NCBI GenBank assembly: GCA_002269645.1
Contig: NIVC01003291.1
Span: 42,254-106,253 of the forward strand
Length of the DNA stretch: 64,000 nucleotides
Direction: 5' to 3'
Source of the DNA: Macrostomum lignano
Taxonomy: Eukaryota
The stretch's first letter is position 1. Every line of letters starts with the position of its first letter. A program made the translations under genes and the position numbers. Below the pieces are notes generated by a model. The model did no database searches, had not been told where the DNA came from, and was given only the letters and a program-made list of their open reading frames with translations. Positions 1 through 22,686 of the stretch are shown in pieces.

Positions 1-240
1 TAAAATATTGATAGAATTCAGTAAATTCAGTAAAAAAAATTGACGTCATCGTATGCGTTGCGTCCTAATTTTAGAATAAAGGTCGTTTGAAGATCAACAA
101 TCGATGCATTTTTGTTATTATCACCATAGAACTGACGTGACCAATCCACGTATACTGTCGAAAACTTTAGAAGATGACGTCATCTTTAGATGTATTCTAT
201 TTATAGCAAGTGACGCCACCTACCGATGCATTCTATCTAT

Positions 241-402
241 GAAAGAGGCGTCAACAAGCGACGCATTCTAATTTTAGAAAGTGACGTCAACAAATGGCGT
301 GTTCTAATTTTAGAAAGTGACGTCAACAAACGGCGTGTTCTAATTTTAGAAAATGACATCAACAAACGAAGTATTCTAATTTTAGAAAGTGACCTCACCA
401 AT
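241..402. repeat. 36-bp tandem repeat (about 4 copies) carrying TGACGTCA (CRE-like) motifs upstream of VGLUT
   Basis: Unit TCTAATTTTAGAAAGTGACGTCAACAAAYGGCGTGT. Perfect TGACGTCA at 282 and 318, with further copies outside the array at 41 and 175. Confidence 0.8.
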
Positions 403-478
403 CGATGCAGTTGATTTAAAAATGCAACGCAAAAAAAAAATCTAACGCTTTGACGCTAACTAATCACTAATTTTAACT

Positions 479-10695
<10,217 letters not shown>

Positions 10696-10938
10696 CGAAT
10701 TAATTAACTATCCGCAATAATCTGGAGTTCGCCACACGGATGCAAAGCTTGTATTGTTGGTTTGATTCGAGTTGCAGCTTCATAATTGATGGCGCCTATC
10801 ATTTACCTATTAATTTTTGTTTTCAAACTTTAAAGCCGTTAAGCTTAATGTTAATTTCTCTTATAGCTTACTATTAGTAGCATAGTTTGATAAGCCGCCG
10901 AAACATGTGAGTTTTTAACAAATGAATATACTTCAACT

Positions 10939-11826
10939 AATAAAATCTAGTTATCTTATTTTGTCTCAAGTGTTTTTGTTGTTTTTGCTTGGCAAAATTA
11001 GTGGCAATCATCTTATGCCCATTACTTATGAATTATGCATATTTCTGCTGCTTATATAAACTATAACTTATTTTAACCTATTTTAATATTGCAAAATGCA
11101 ATTTGAACCTATAGTCACTCTAAAACCCTATTCACTTTTATTCCATGCCAATTGCTGTTGATGAAATATTCTTCAGAAATTAATCCGAAAACAAAGCATA
11201 ATCATTTTCTAGACTTTATCCAGTTTTTAGTTGTTTTACATTTAGAGTCGATATATCAAAGTATATGTGCTACTCTTGATATTTTCTGATCACTTTAGCT
11301 GTTTATTCTGTCTATGGCCAGTCCCACTGTACGCGTGAATGTATACCTACACTATTGCACGGACAGTTAATTAAGAATTAACAATATTTTTTACATTTGC
11401 TTTAATATAGCTTTACTTTTTAGAATGTTCGTAACAGAGAAATTTTATCTCATTTATCTGTCATGTCTGTGTTGATCAACTAATTGCACTGAACACTATT
11501 ATTAGTAGTACCTAGCTCAGTAGTTGTTAAAAATCTGTTTACGTATAAAAAATTATTTACTTATTGGCCTGTGCAGTTTTTTGTTCTAGATAGGCTAAAG
11601 AAAAGATAGCATATTTTCTCAGTTTAAATGACATATAGTTTTGCAGTTTATCTATGTAGTTATTCGAATGCTTATTAATATGCGACTATATCTGTTGTTA
11701 CACTAATTACCAAAAATAACGGTACTTGTACTGTACATGTACTTAATTGTGTTTACCGCGTAGTACATGCATGCAAGCTAGTTTTCGTTGTGAATTTAGT
11801 GCAGTCTAAAATTACATCTAAATAAA
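10939..11826 (+). terminator. Candidate VGLUT polyadenylation signals (AATAAA at 10939 and 11821)
   Basis: AATAAA hexamers in the AT-rich region downstream of the stop codon; usage unverified. Confidence 0.35.
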
Positions 11827-13971
11827 AACAAACCTAGAAAAAGAATCATTTTGTGTTCAGCATTATCAAAAGAGAACGTGTGTCATTTTTTAATGCTAGC
11901 TTAAGTCCACTAATTTACACAGCAGCTCTAAATGTATAAAATTGCTGTCTGCATGGTTTGCTTTCCTAATCTGCTATATATAGCTGCAGGTCTCGATCAC
12001 ATGATGCATCACATGTAGCTAACAAGTCTGTCTCCCGCGGGTGTGAGCGTTTTTTGTCCCTCAAAATTTACATGTACTGTACGTTACGTAATACCGTACA
12101 CAGGTGTCAGATGTGATTGTATCCTGTATGCCATGTATATTTAGCTAACTGTAGATTTTGGTTAATTTAATTAGAGCTAGTGCGCGCGTCGAGATTGTCT
12201 CATAAAATGGAGTTAAGGCCATACTTTAAGCTACCTTGAGAGGCTGATGGCCGTCCGATTCTCAGAGGTTATATACTCAGAGCTGGATTTACTGATTCCA
12301 GCTTGCCTGTCTGAATCTAAAGGTTGCACATGTGCAGCCGGCCGGTTTGCGTGCAGGTCTGCTGGGCAGCTAGCTGCATGATCTGCTCTAAATAGAAAAG
12401 TAATATATGCATGTTTTTCTCGGCTGTCTTTTGGTCTTCTGTATGGTCTGGTTCTGCAGAGCCGCGGTTACGATCGATATGGTCAAAACACAAACTGGCG
12501 TCAATGAAGGAGCCAGCTACATGTACATGTATACTAGGCAAGTGGCCCAATTGTCTAAATCTAAACTATTAATTAAATTGGAACTCTCAAAAAATAAAAG
12601 TGTTTTACTGAATGGAAAGCTACTGAAACACTTACTCAGAGAAGAATGCAACCTTTTTAAGGTTCTCTCGCTGACGCCTAGAAGAAATGCGCGAATAGCT
12701 GGGCATATGGCTCCTGCGAACTGCTTTGGGGATCACCAATGTCAATATGATCAATTTCATTAAAACTCTGCCTTTGGAGGCCTTAGATTTGCCTTAGATT
12801 TAAAAAGAAAAGTACCGCAAAGACAGTTAAAATATCAGTTAGCAAGAGGGAGTTGAGAAGCGGAAGCAGTAGAAGCAGGTGGATTAGCAACAGCTGCTAA
12901 GGATTTACTCTCGCAATTCTGTCTTTCCGTAAGCGCGCTCGTGTGTCGTTAGTCACGATTACGCTCGTTTTCTGTTTAAAATCTACGTGCACGTGCGCCG
13001 TCACAACTCGGGATCGCGCGGACGGCCGAGGGTCCTTATTAAATTTTTTATCAAGAATTCGAATCCTACAACAGGAGTCTACTATGGCCTACTCTATTAC
13101 AGATACGATGGAATGATAAAGTATTTCGTATGTAAGTTAGCTAGCTGCTTGTTGATAGTTAGCCAGTGATTTTAAAAATAACATGAAGTATAGCTCAGAT
13201 CCATTTTATAGAATTTTAAGCTCAAAGCACTAGCCAAAATGCACTACAAGCACAAAAATGAACAAATATAAGTTAAAGTTCTGCCCAATTTTGGTTTATT
13301 TGTTTTAATTTTTTACCTAAATATGAGTAAGCCTACTTTTAGTCTTTTTAGTGATATTAAAATGCATAGCATAGGCATAGGGCCATCTTTTAATGCTTAT
13401 ATTATGTAGTTCTACTATTATTAAAGTGTAATGAAAGAAAATGTAGCACTGTATTTAAATAAAGTATTGTTATAAAACATATAATTGTATTGTGAAGTAT
13501 TTTTGGCTAGGCTCAAATTCAAAACAACATAAGAGTAAAAAATTGAAATAGTCATTAAATATTTCCACAGTTCAAGCAAAATAAGCAAAGCCTCTAGGTC
13601 TATCTAAATAGTATGTTGTCATTGTCAGATCTATTGGTTTTATATTTATAATATTGTTCATTGTTAAAATATTATAATATAATTGAAACATAATCAAAAC
13701 ATATGTTGTACCTAGCCTATAGGTGAAGCAGAGCCTAATATTTTAGGAGAAGCACCAGGCATGGAGCATGGGAGCACAGTGTCTCTATAAGCTGCTGATT
13801 AGGGCCTAAAATCAGAAAAAAAGCATAAAAAATTACCAATAGTACAAGTGTAGCTAATTAATAAGCATTTAAATATTAGAAACTGAAAAGTGCAGGAGAG
13901 CACAATGCATTGTGTGCCATATGGACTTATTTTCTTAGGGGGACATCCCACCAATGCCACTAGCTCCTGTC

Positions 13972-14125
13972 GCCCATAGTAGCCTAGTGGTTAGAAAATA
14001 AGACTTATAACTTAAAGGTTGAGGGTTCAATTTATAATCCTACTAGGCCTAGAACAATTTGTGTCCTTGAGCAAGACATTTAACTCTACAATACTTCAGT
14101 TTACCTAGCCATAAAATGGGTAAAA
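13972..14125 (+). mobile_element. Eroded tRNA-derived CORE-type SINE fragment
   Basis: A box TAGCCTAGTGG and B box GGGTTCAATT, followed by GTGTCCTTGAGCAAGACATTTAACTCT...CAGTTTACCTAGCCATAAAATGGG. This resembles the CORE domain of MIR/CORE-SINEs (GTGACCTTGGGCAAGTCACTTAACCTCT...CAGTTTCCTCATCTGTAAAATGGG). Confidence 0.6.
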
Positions 14126-15213
14126 ATGGCTTTTAGGTCCTTTGAAACTTAGTAAAAGCAATTTAGTCTTACTTAAATATTTGTCTTTTATTAGCTCTTT
14201 TCTTTTTCAACTTTATTTTTATTCATCTCTATTTTCTTTATCCTGTTATCCCTCCTCTCTTCTTTACTATTTTTTATCTGCTTCTCCTCTCTTCTTTTTA
14301 TTTATTTATTTCTCTTCTCTCCTTCTCTATTGGAATAAATTTAAATGCAACAATCATCTAAGCTACATAGATATTTCATCTGTGGCAGGCTATACCATCT
14401 CTTATTGGAGAATATTTGCTTGGTTTCTATATGAAGCTTAGCTTGTATGCTCAGCTGTAATAGAACCTATCTTATCTAAGTCTATGTCATGGGCTATGAA
14501 GCTTCTTTTGAAGGCTATGAAGCTATCATAGGCTAAAATGCTCCTTTGAAGCTTTTCTATGCTTATAAAGTGCTTCTACTACAAACCATTCATTTATCCT
14601 TTTCTCCTTTTTGCTATACCACACTTGGCTGCCAAAGGGGTCTATCTGAACAGTGATTAGCCAATTGCAAAAATGGTATATTTTTCCTATATGGCCTCTC
14701 CTTTCTTCTCTTATCTGACTTACAACCATGAGCTAGATTCTTAATCTAGCACCCCTAATTCAGTGAAGGGAGTCTATGTGGATGGCATCCTATATGGATA
14801 AAGAAACCAACTGATATATTTTGCACGCTTGATTATGTTTAAAATCCTCAAATTGAGAAGTGCTCAAATTTATATTATATAAAAGCCTGCTTCAACCCCT
14901 TAAAGATTACCCTTAGTTGCTACATGTGTTGTTATAATCTTGTGCAGCTAAGGCATCTAGGAGCAAAGTTTGTCCATGCACTTTTTAATCAATTTTAGAT
15001 TCACTCCAATAAGGGTCTGTCCAGGTGCTAGTAACAGTTCTCAAAATCATTGGCCTTCACTATTAATGACTAGTCTAGTAATGCTCATGACCCATAGACT
15101 AAGTACAGTTCATAAATCTAAAATATAGTTTCCCTGATGAATATTTCTTGAGAATATCATGATTAGTCTTAAGTGCTGCCAAAAAAAATAATTTTTTCAG
15201 CTAATCTGTCAAG

Positions 15214-18200
15214 ATGTCGGAAGCGAATATGGACTTAGCTGATAGCTCTGACATGTTCAAAATCTTGCTGGCCACTGACAACCATGTAGGCTACATGGAG
15301 AAGGACGGCGTGCGGTATCGGGACTCTGTTAATACTCTAGAAGAGATTCTGTCCATCGCTCAGAGAGAGGAAGTGGACTTCCTGCTGCTTGGTGGCGACC
15401 TGTTCCACGAGAACTGCCCCAGCACCTACACCATGCACTCCTGTGTGAGACTGATTCGGCAGTACTGCTTTGGCGATAGGCCCGTGCAGTTTCAGGTGAG
15501 CGGCTCTGATAGATTAGCAATCCATATTGGCTAGATTAGCTATCCATATTGGCTGGATTAGCAATCCATATTGGCTAGATTAGCAATCCATATTGGCTGG
15601 ATTAGCTATCCATATTGTCTAGATTAGCAATCCATATTTTCTAGATTAGCAATCCATATTGTCTAGATTAGCTATCCATATTGACTAGATTAGCAATCTA
15701 TAATAGCTAGATTATCAATCCATATTGGCTGGATTAGCAATCCATATTGGCTGGATTAGCAATCCATAATAGCTAGATTAGCAATCCATATTGGCTGGAT
15801 TAGCAATCCATAATAGCTAGATTAGCAATCCATATTGGCTGGATTAGCAATCCATAATAGCTAGATTAGCAATCCATATTGGCTGGATTAGCAATCCATA
15901 TTGGCTGGATTACCAATCCATATTCACTAGATTAGCAATCCATAATAGCTAGATTAGCAATCCATATTGGCTGGATTAGCAATCCATATTAGCTAGATTA
16001 GCAATCCATATTGGCTAGATTAGCAATCCATATTGGCTAGATTAGCAATCCATATTGGCTGGATTAGCAATCCATATTAGCTAGATTAGCAATCCATATT
16101 GGCTAGATTAGCAATCCATATAGGCTAGATTAGCAATCCATATTGGCTGGATTAGCAATCCATATTGGCTGGATTAGCAATCCATATTGACTAGATTAGC
16201 AATCCATATTGGCTAGTTTAGCAATCCATATTGGCTAGATTAGCAATCCATATTGGCTAGATTAGCAATCCATATTGGCTAGATTAGCAATCCATATTGG
16301 CTAGATTAGCAAGCCATATTGGCTAGATTAGCAATCCATATTGGCTAGATTAGCAATCCATATTGGCTGGATTAGCAATCCATATTAGCTAGATTAGCAA
16401 TCCATATTGGCTAGATTAGCAAGCCATATTAGCTAGATTAGCAATCCATATTGGCTGGATTAGCAATCCATATTGGCTAGATTAGCAATCCATATTCACT
16501 GGATTAGCAATTCATATTGGCTAGAGTAGCAATCCATATTGGCTAGATTAGCAATCCATATTCACTAGATTAGCAATCCATATTGGCTAGATTAGCAATC
16601 CATATTCACTGGATTAGCAATCCATATTGGCTAGAGTAGCAATCCATATTGGCTAGATTAGCAATCCATATTGGCTAGATTAGCAATCCATATTCACTAG
16701 ATTAGCAATCCATATTGGCTGGATTATCGGTCCCGCTCGCCAGGTGCTCAGCGACCAGGCGCAGAACTTTCAGCACAGGCGTCAGCAGCGCGCCGCTGCC
16801 AGCGCCGACGGCGACCCCGGCGACTGCGGCGGAGTCAACTTCGAGGACGCCAACCTGAACGTCAGCGTGCCGGTGTTCATTGTCCACGGCAATCACGACG
16901 ATCCACTCGGCAGGGAGGGCCTCAGCGCTCTCGATGTCCTTGACTCTGCCGGCCTGGTCAACCTGTTTGGCAAGCACGACAATGTGGAGACGGTGGAGCT
17001 GTCTCCCATTCTCATGGCCAAAGGCAGCACCAGGCTGGCTCTGTACGGCCTGGGCAACATCCGGGATGAACGATTGCACGACCTCTTTGTTCAGCAGGCT
17101 GTGACTGTGCTCAGTCCAGAGGAGGATCAAGATTCTTGGTTCAACCTCTTGGTGGTGCACCAGGTTTGTGTGCTGTGAGGTTTAGTTTAGCTACTGGGGT
17201 CACGCACACAGGGTGTACAGGGGCCTTGACCTTCCCACTGTCATACAGTGTACATGTACACACTGTGGTTAGTCCACATGTCATGGACGGGAATCGCACA
17301 AATTAATGACATTTAAGCTATCTTAGATGTGCGCCAATGCACTAATTATGCTACTGTCAGTAGCAAGCTCACGCATTCCCCACTATCCGTTGGGGCCGCA
17401 GAATCGCAGCAAGCACGGCCAGACAAATTACCTGCCGGAGAGTTTCATCAATCCCATCATAGACCTGGTGATGTGGGGCCACGAGCACGAGTGCCGGATC
17501 GTGCCGGAGCGGAACGCCCAGACTGGCGTCTTCATCACCCAGCCCGGCAGCTCCGTTGCCACCTCGCTGTGCCCGGGCGAGGCTGTGCAGAAACAAGTCG
17601 GCCTGTTGTACATCAAAGGCAGGGACTTCCGCATCGAGCCAATACCCCTCGACTCCGTGCGCCCGTTCGTGTTCGACACGCTCTGTCTGGCCGAGCGAAG
17701 GGTGCCAGTGACCTCGAGTAGCGAGGATCTGCAGGTTGTGTTGCTTTCTTAACTGTCGCTTTTTGAGTTGTATTTAATGTACTAAAGCAGCTGTGCTAAT
17801 CCCCAATTTTCCCCCAGTCAGTTCTCAGGTGGGATTCAAAGCAGCTGCGCTAATCCCCACTTTTCCCCAGTCAGTTCTCAGGTGGGATTCAAAGCAGCTG
17901 CGCTAATCCCCACTTTTCCCCAGTCAGTTCTCAGGTGGGGTTTAAAGCAGCTGTACTAATCCCCACTTTCCCCAGTCAGTTCTCAGGTGGGATTCAAAGC
18001 AGCTGTGCTAATCCCCAATTTTCCCCAGTCAGTTCTCAGGTGGGGTTTAAAGCAGCTGTACTAATCCCCACTTTCCCCAGTCAGTTCTCAGGTGGGATTC
18101 AAAGCAGCTGCGCTAATCCCCACTTTTCCCCAGTCAGTTCTCAGGTGGGATTTAAAGCAGCTGTACTAATCCCCACTTTTCCCCAGTCAGTTCTCAGGTG

Positions 18201-20170
18201 GGATTTAAAGCAGCTGTACTAATCCCCACTTTTCCCCAGTCAGTTCTCAGGTGGGATTCAAAGCAGCTGTACTAATCCCCACTTCCCCAGTCAGGTAAGA
18301 TTCCAGCTCAACAGTCGCTATTCAATTCCACAAAAATGCACACATTCGATCCTATTATGAGTAGTGCAACGCAGCCGCCATGCTTATTTCCCTCGATCGC
18401 AGGCCCTGGTTGCCGCCCAAGTGGAGCTGCTAATCGAGCGGGCGGAGTCGCAGCGCCGCCCGAAGGCGCCGGAGCTGCCGCTGGTTCGACTTCGCATCGA
18501 CTACACGGGCGGATACGAGACTTTCAGTGGACAGAAATTTGCCCAACGATTCGTTGGCAGAGTGGCCAATCCCAGGGATTTGCTGCTGTTCTGCAAGGTG
18601 AGCTATCAAAGTATTGTGGCTGTGTACTAACCGCGACCAATTTTGTTTAACTTGCAGCAGGTGCCGTTAGCGAGCGCGCTGTCCCAATAGACTCGTAGAG
18701 ACTCCCATGACCGAAATTATCCCCTTTGACCGAAATTATCCTCTTTGACCGAAATTATCCCCTTTGACCGAAATTATCCCCTTTGACCGAAATTATCCCC
18801 TTTGACGGAAATTATCCCCTTTGACCGAAATTATCCCCCTTGACCGAAATTATCCCCTTTGACCGAAATTATCCCCTTGACCGAAATTATCCCCTTGACC
18901 GAAATTATCCCCTTTGACCGAAATTATCCCCTTTGACCGAAATTATCCCCTTTGACCGAAATTATCCCCTTGACCGAAATTATCCCCTTTGACCGAAATT
19001 ATCCCCTTGACCGAAATTATCCCCTTTGACCGAAATTATCCCCCTTGACCGAAATTATCCCCTTTGACCGAAATTATCCCCTTGACCGAAATTATCCCCT
19101 TTGACCGAAATTATCCCCTTGACCGAAATTATCCCCTTTGACCGAAATTATCCCCCTTGACCGAAATTATCCCCTGACCGAAATTCCTTTGTCCGAAATA
19201 ATTGAGCTAACTGCCAAACAATACCAACTTGCAGTCACGTGACCCAGGCCAAACCGGCCGCGGCTTCGGCCAAGCCGGCCGAGTCACCTTCGTCGATGGC
19301 GACGGTAACGAGCCGCAGCCGGACGCGCACATTGGCGACGATCCCAGCTTGGACTCGGTGAACCTGGACAAGCTGATCGGGCGCTGGCTTGAGCAGTCCG
19401 GCGCCCAGCTGAGCGTGCTCACCTCCGAGGGCCTGGGCCTGGCCGTGCACACCTACGTGGACAATTTCCGTCGCGACGCCATGGCCTGCATAGCCGAGCA
19501 CCAGTGCGGCAGGGCGCTCAGCTTCCTGACCGAGCGCGGCTGCTCCGGCGCCACCGGGGCCGACCTCGACCGGGCCCTGGCCGACTTTCGCCGCCTGATG
19601 GCCAGCCGAAGCGAGTCGGAGCGTCGCGAAGAAGTCAACCGGACGCTTAGCCAGCTACCTGGAGGCGGCGGCATTGGAAGCGACGCTGATAGCGACGCCG
19701 GCGACGTCAACAACGAAACGGCGCGGGCGCCGGCCGGCCGTGGGCGAGGAAGCCGCGGCGGGCGCGGCAGCAGAGGCGGGCGCGGCGGTGGAGGCGGTCA
19801 GCGGAAGCGCGGCGGCGCCTCTAGCCGGGCCTCCTTAATATTCGACGGTATTGACAGCGACGCAGAGGAAATTGACGACGAGGGCGCCGACTTGAAAATG
19901 GATCGCGCCGGTGGCGGCCGTGGCTCAAAGTCGAAGGCCGCCGCCTCTGCTGCCTCTTTGGTTATCGAAGACTCGGACAGCGATGAAGGCGGCGGCGGCG
20001 GTCAGCGGGGCCGGCAGTCAGGGAGAAGGCCAGGTAGAGCCGGCGGTCAGCGCGGCGGCCAGCGTGGCGGCCAGCGTGGCGGCCAGCGTGGCGGCCAGCG
20101 TGGCGGTCCACGCGGCGGCGGCGGCGGCACCTTATTCGATTGGAACGTCACCAGCTCTAAGCGGAAGTGA
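15214..20170 (+). CDS. MRE11: MRE11 double-strand-break repair nuclease, 5 coding exons, about 721 aa
   Basis: Exons 15214-15495, 16744-17163, 17402-17734, 18403-18597, 19235-20170; all introns phase 0 GT-AG. Phosphoesterase motifs intact: [48 protein letters not shown]. Capping/DNA-binding region [10 protein letters not shown]...FVGRVANP, C-terminal RGG/GAR tracts. Acceptor TTTTTCAG at 15200, 13 nt before the ATG. Confidence 0.95.
15510..16727. repeat. 22-bp minisatellite (GGCTAGATTAGCAATCCATATT)n filling MRE11 intron 1
   Basis: About 55 copies running from about 15 nt after the donor to about 15 nt before the acceptor. Confidence 0.95.
17785..18294. repeat. 53-bp minisatellite in MRE11 intron 3 containing splice-signal-like motifs
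   Basis: Unit AAAGCAGCTGYRCTAATCCCCACTTTTCCCCAGTCAGTTCTCAGGTGGGATTY, about 9.5 copies. Confidence 0.92.
18708..19195. repeat. 19-20-bp minisatellite (TGACCGAAATTATCCCCTT)n, MRE11 intron 4
   Basis: About 24 copies. Confidence 0.95.
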
Positions 20171-20644
20171 GGCCGACTAAAAGCGTTTTTAATCCGGCCG
20201 GCATTTTTTAGGAATTATTGTGTATTTTTGCGATATTTTTTTCAACTCGCTACTCATCAGTAATATTATTAGCATGCGGCATCTGTTGGAATCTGTTATC
20301 GTAAACAAGAGTGTCGGCTGATTAAAGTGCATTAAAATTATCGCTGTCTCCGGCTATTTGAGATTGACAAAAACTCAATTTCAATCCGGGGAGGGATTAT
20401 TTTCGACCCTCACGCAGGTGAATACGCTCCCCTACTCTTCCCACTTGAAGTCGCTCCCCTACTCAAGGCATCATCAAATTATGGCCTACACAGCTGCCCC
20501 ATTTATGCTCTGTTTGCTTATTCCTCTGCAGCATAGATAATGACTTCTTAATGAAATTTCTTGTCTGCGTCTCACACAGTCTGTCTCCCAGGCCTCATAG
20601 TCTGTGAGGCTTTAAGTGTTTATGAGCGAATTATATCCCGGTCA

Positions 20645-21100
20645 TAAAATCGTTTATGAGCGAAGTCTCGATTTTTCATAGAATCGTTTATGAGCGAAGT
20701 CTCGATTGGTCATAGAATCGTTTATGAGCGAAGTCTCAATTGGTCATAGTTATGAGCGAAGTCTCAATCAGCCATAAAATCATTTATGAGCGAAGTCTCA
20801 ATTGGTCATAGAATAGTTTATGGGCGCAATCTCAATCGGTCAAAGAATTGTTTATGAGCAAAGTCTCAATAGGTCATAAAAGTTTTTATGAGCTCAATCT
20901 CAATCGGTCATAGAATCGTTTATGAGCTCAATCTCAATTGGACATAGAATTGTTTATGGGCGAAGTCTCAGTTGGTCATAGAATTGTTTATGGGCGAAGT
21001 CTCAGTTGGTCATAGAATTGTTTATTAGCAAAGTCTCAATAAGTCATAGAATCGTTTATGAGCGAATTCTCAATCGGTCATTGAAATGCTTATGAGCCAA
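20645..21100. repeat. About 32-bp degenerate minisatellite (TTGGTCATAGAATCGTTTATGAGCGAAGTCTCA)n
   Basis: About 14 diverged copies downstream of MRE11. Confidence 0.85.
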
Positions 21101-21624
21101 GTCTTAGTCTGTTAGTCGTACTGTACAAGTGAAGTTTACACCTTAGTCAATATAGTTTCTTTATTGAGTCAACATTCTCCAAAACGAGAAGATCAGTGCA
21201 ACGCAGTGTTACTACATTTTTCTATTTGTTTGTAACAATTTTGCTGCCCCTAAGAAGTGTTTATCTGCGCGTTTAGCCAGGTCAGCAGGGCTGTTTACCG
21301 CCGTGAAAGCGCATGATATTGCTAGCTAACTTCTTTCCTAACGCCACCGAGGCCACCCACCCCTTTCCAGTGAAGTTCTCTACCCCTTGTTTTTGAGTCG
21401 CAGCAGAACGAACGGCCGGTGCGTGCGATCTTGCAGCAGCAGCAGCAGCAGGCTTTGTAAACACCGGGGGTTTAGGCCAAGGTGCGCAGAAGTGAGCGTG
21501 AGGTCGGCAGCTAGCTTTTCTTGCTCAACGCCTGGCACCAAGGACTCCTAATCGAATCACTTGGACTAAGCCGGAAATGGCGCAGAAAAATCTGGGTGTA
21601 CTTTCGATAAGAGGCACTAGTTAA

Positions 21625-22686
21625 TGAGGGACAAGGATAGCTGAGCTAAGGGATGGAAAAGGACAACTGGGCTAAGGATGGGCAAGGACAGCTAAGCTAA
21701 GGATGGACAGGCACATGCAGCTGAGCTAAGGATGGACATCTAAGCTAAGGATAGACAGCTGAGCTAAGGATGGACAAGGACAGCTGAGCTAAGGGAGGGC
21801 AAGGACAGCTGAGCTAAGGATGGACAAGGACATCTGAGCTAAGGATGGACAAGGACAGCTGAGCTAAGGAGGGACAAGGACAGCTGAGCTAAGGGAGGGC
21901 AAGGACAGCTGAGCTAAGGGTGGACAAGGACAGCTGAGCTAAGGATGGACAAGGACAGCTGAGCTAAGGATGGACAAGGACAGCTGAGCTAATGAGGGAC
22001 AAGGACAGCTGAGCTAAGGATGGACAAGGACATCTGAGCTAATGAGGGACGAGGACATCTGAGCTAATGAGGGACTAGGACAGCTGAGCTAAGGATGGGC
22101 AAGGACATCTGAGCTAATGAGGGACTAGGACAGTTGAGCTAAGGATGGACAAGGACAGCTGAGCTAAGGATGGACAAGGACAGCTGAGCTAAGGATGGAC
22201 AAGGACAGCTGAGCTAAGGATGGACAAGGACATCTGAGCTAATGAGGGACAAGGACAGCTGAGCTAAGGATGGGCAAGGACAGCTGAGCTAAGAATGGGC
22301 AAGGACATCTGAGCTAATGAGGGACAAGGACAGCTGAGCTAAGGATGGACAAGGACAGCTGAGCTAAGGATGGGCAAGGACAGCTAAGCTAAGGATGGAC
22401 AAGGACAGCTAAGCTAAGGATGGACAAGGACAGCTGAGCTAATGAGGGACAAGGACAGTTGAGCTAAGGATGGACAAGGACAGCTGAGCTAAGGATGGAC
22501 AAGGACAGCTGAGCTAAGGATGGACAAGGACAGCTGAGCTAAGGATGGACAAGGACAGCTGCGCTAAGGATGGGCAAGGACAGCTAAGCTAAGGATGGAC
22601 AAGGACATCTGAGCTAATGAGGGACAAGGACAGCTGAGCTAAGGATGGACAAGGACAGCTGAGCTAAGGATGGACAAGGACAGCTG
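21625..22686. repeat. 25-bp minisatellite (GGACAAGGACAGCTGAGCTAAGGAT)n
   Basis: About 42 copies. Confidence 0.95.

Noticed and set aside
12407-12763. 118-aa ORF with a hydrophobic, signal-peptide-like N-terminus
   Set aside because: AT-rich codon usage unlike the real exons, no recognisable domain, no splice context.
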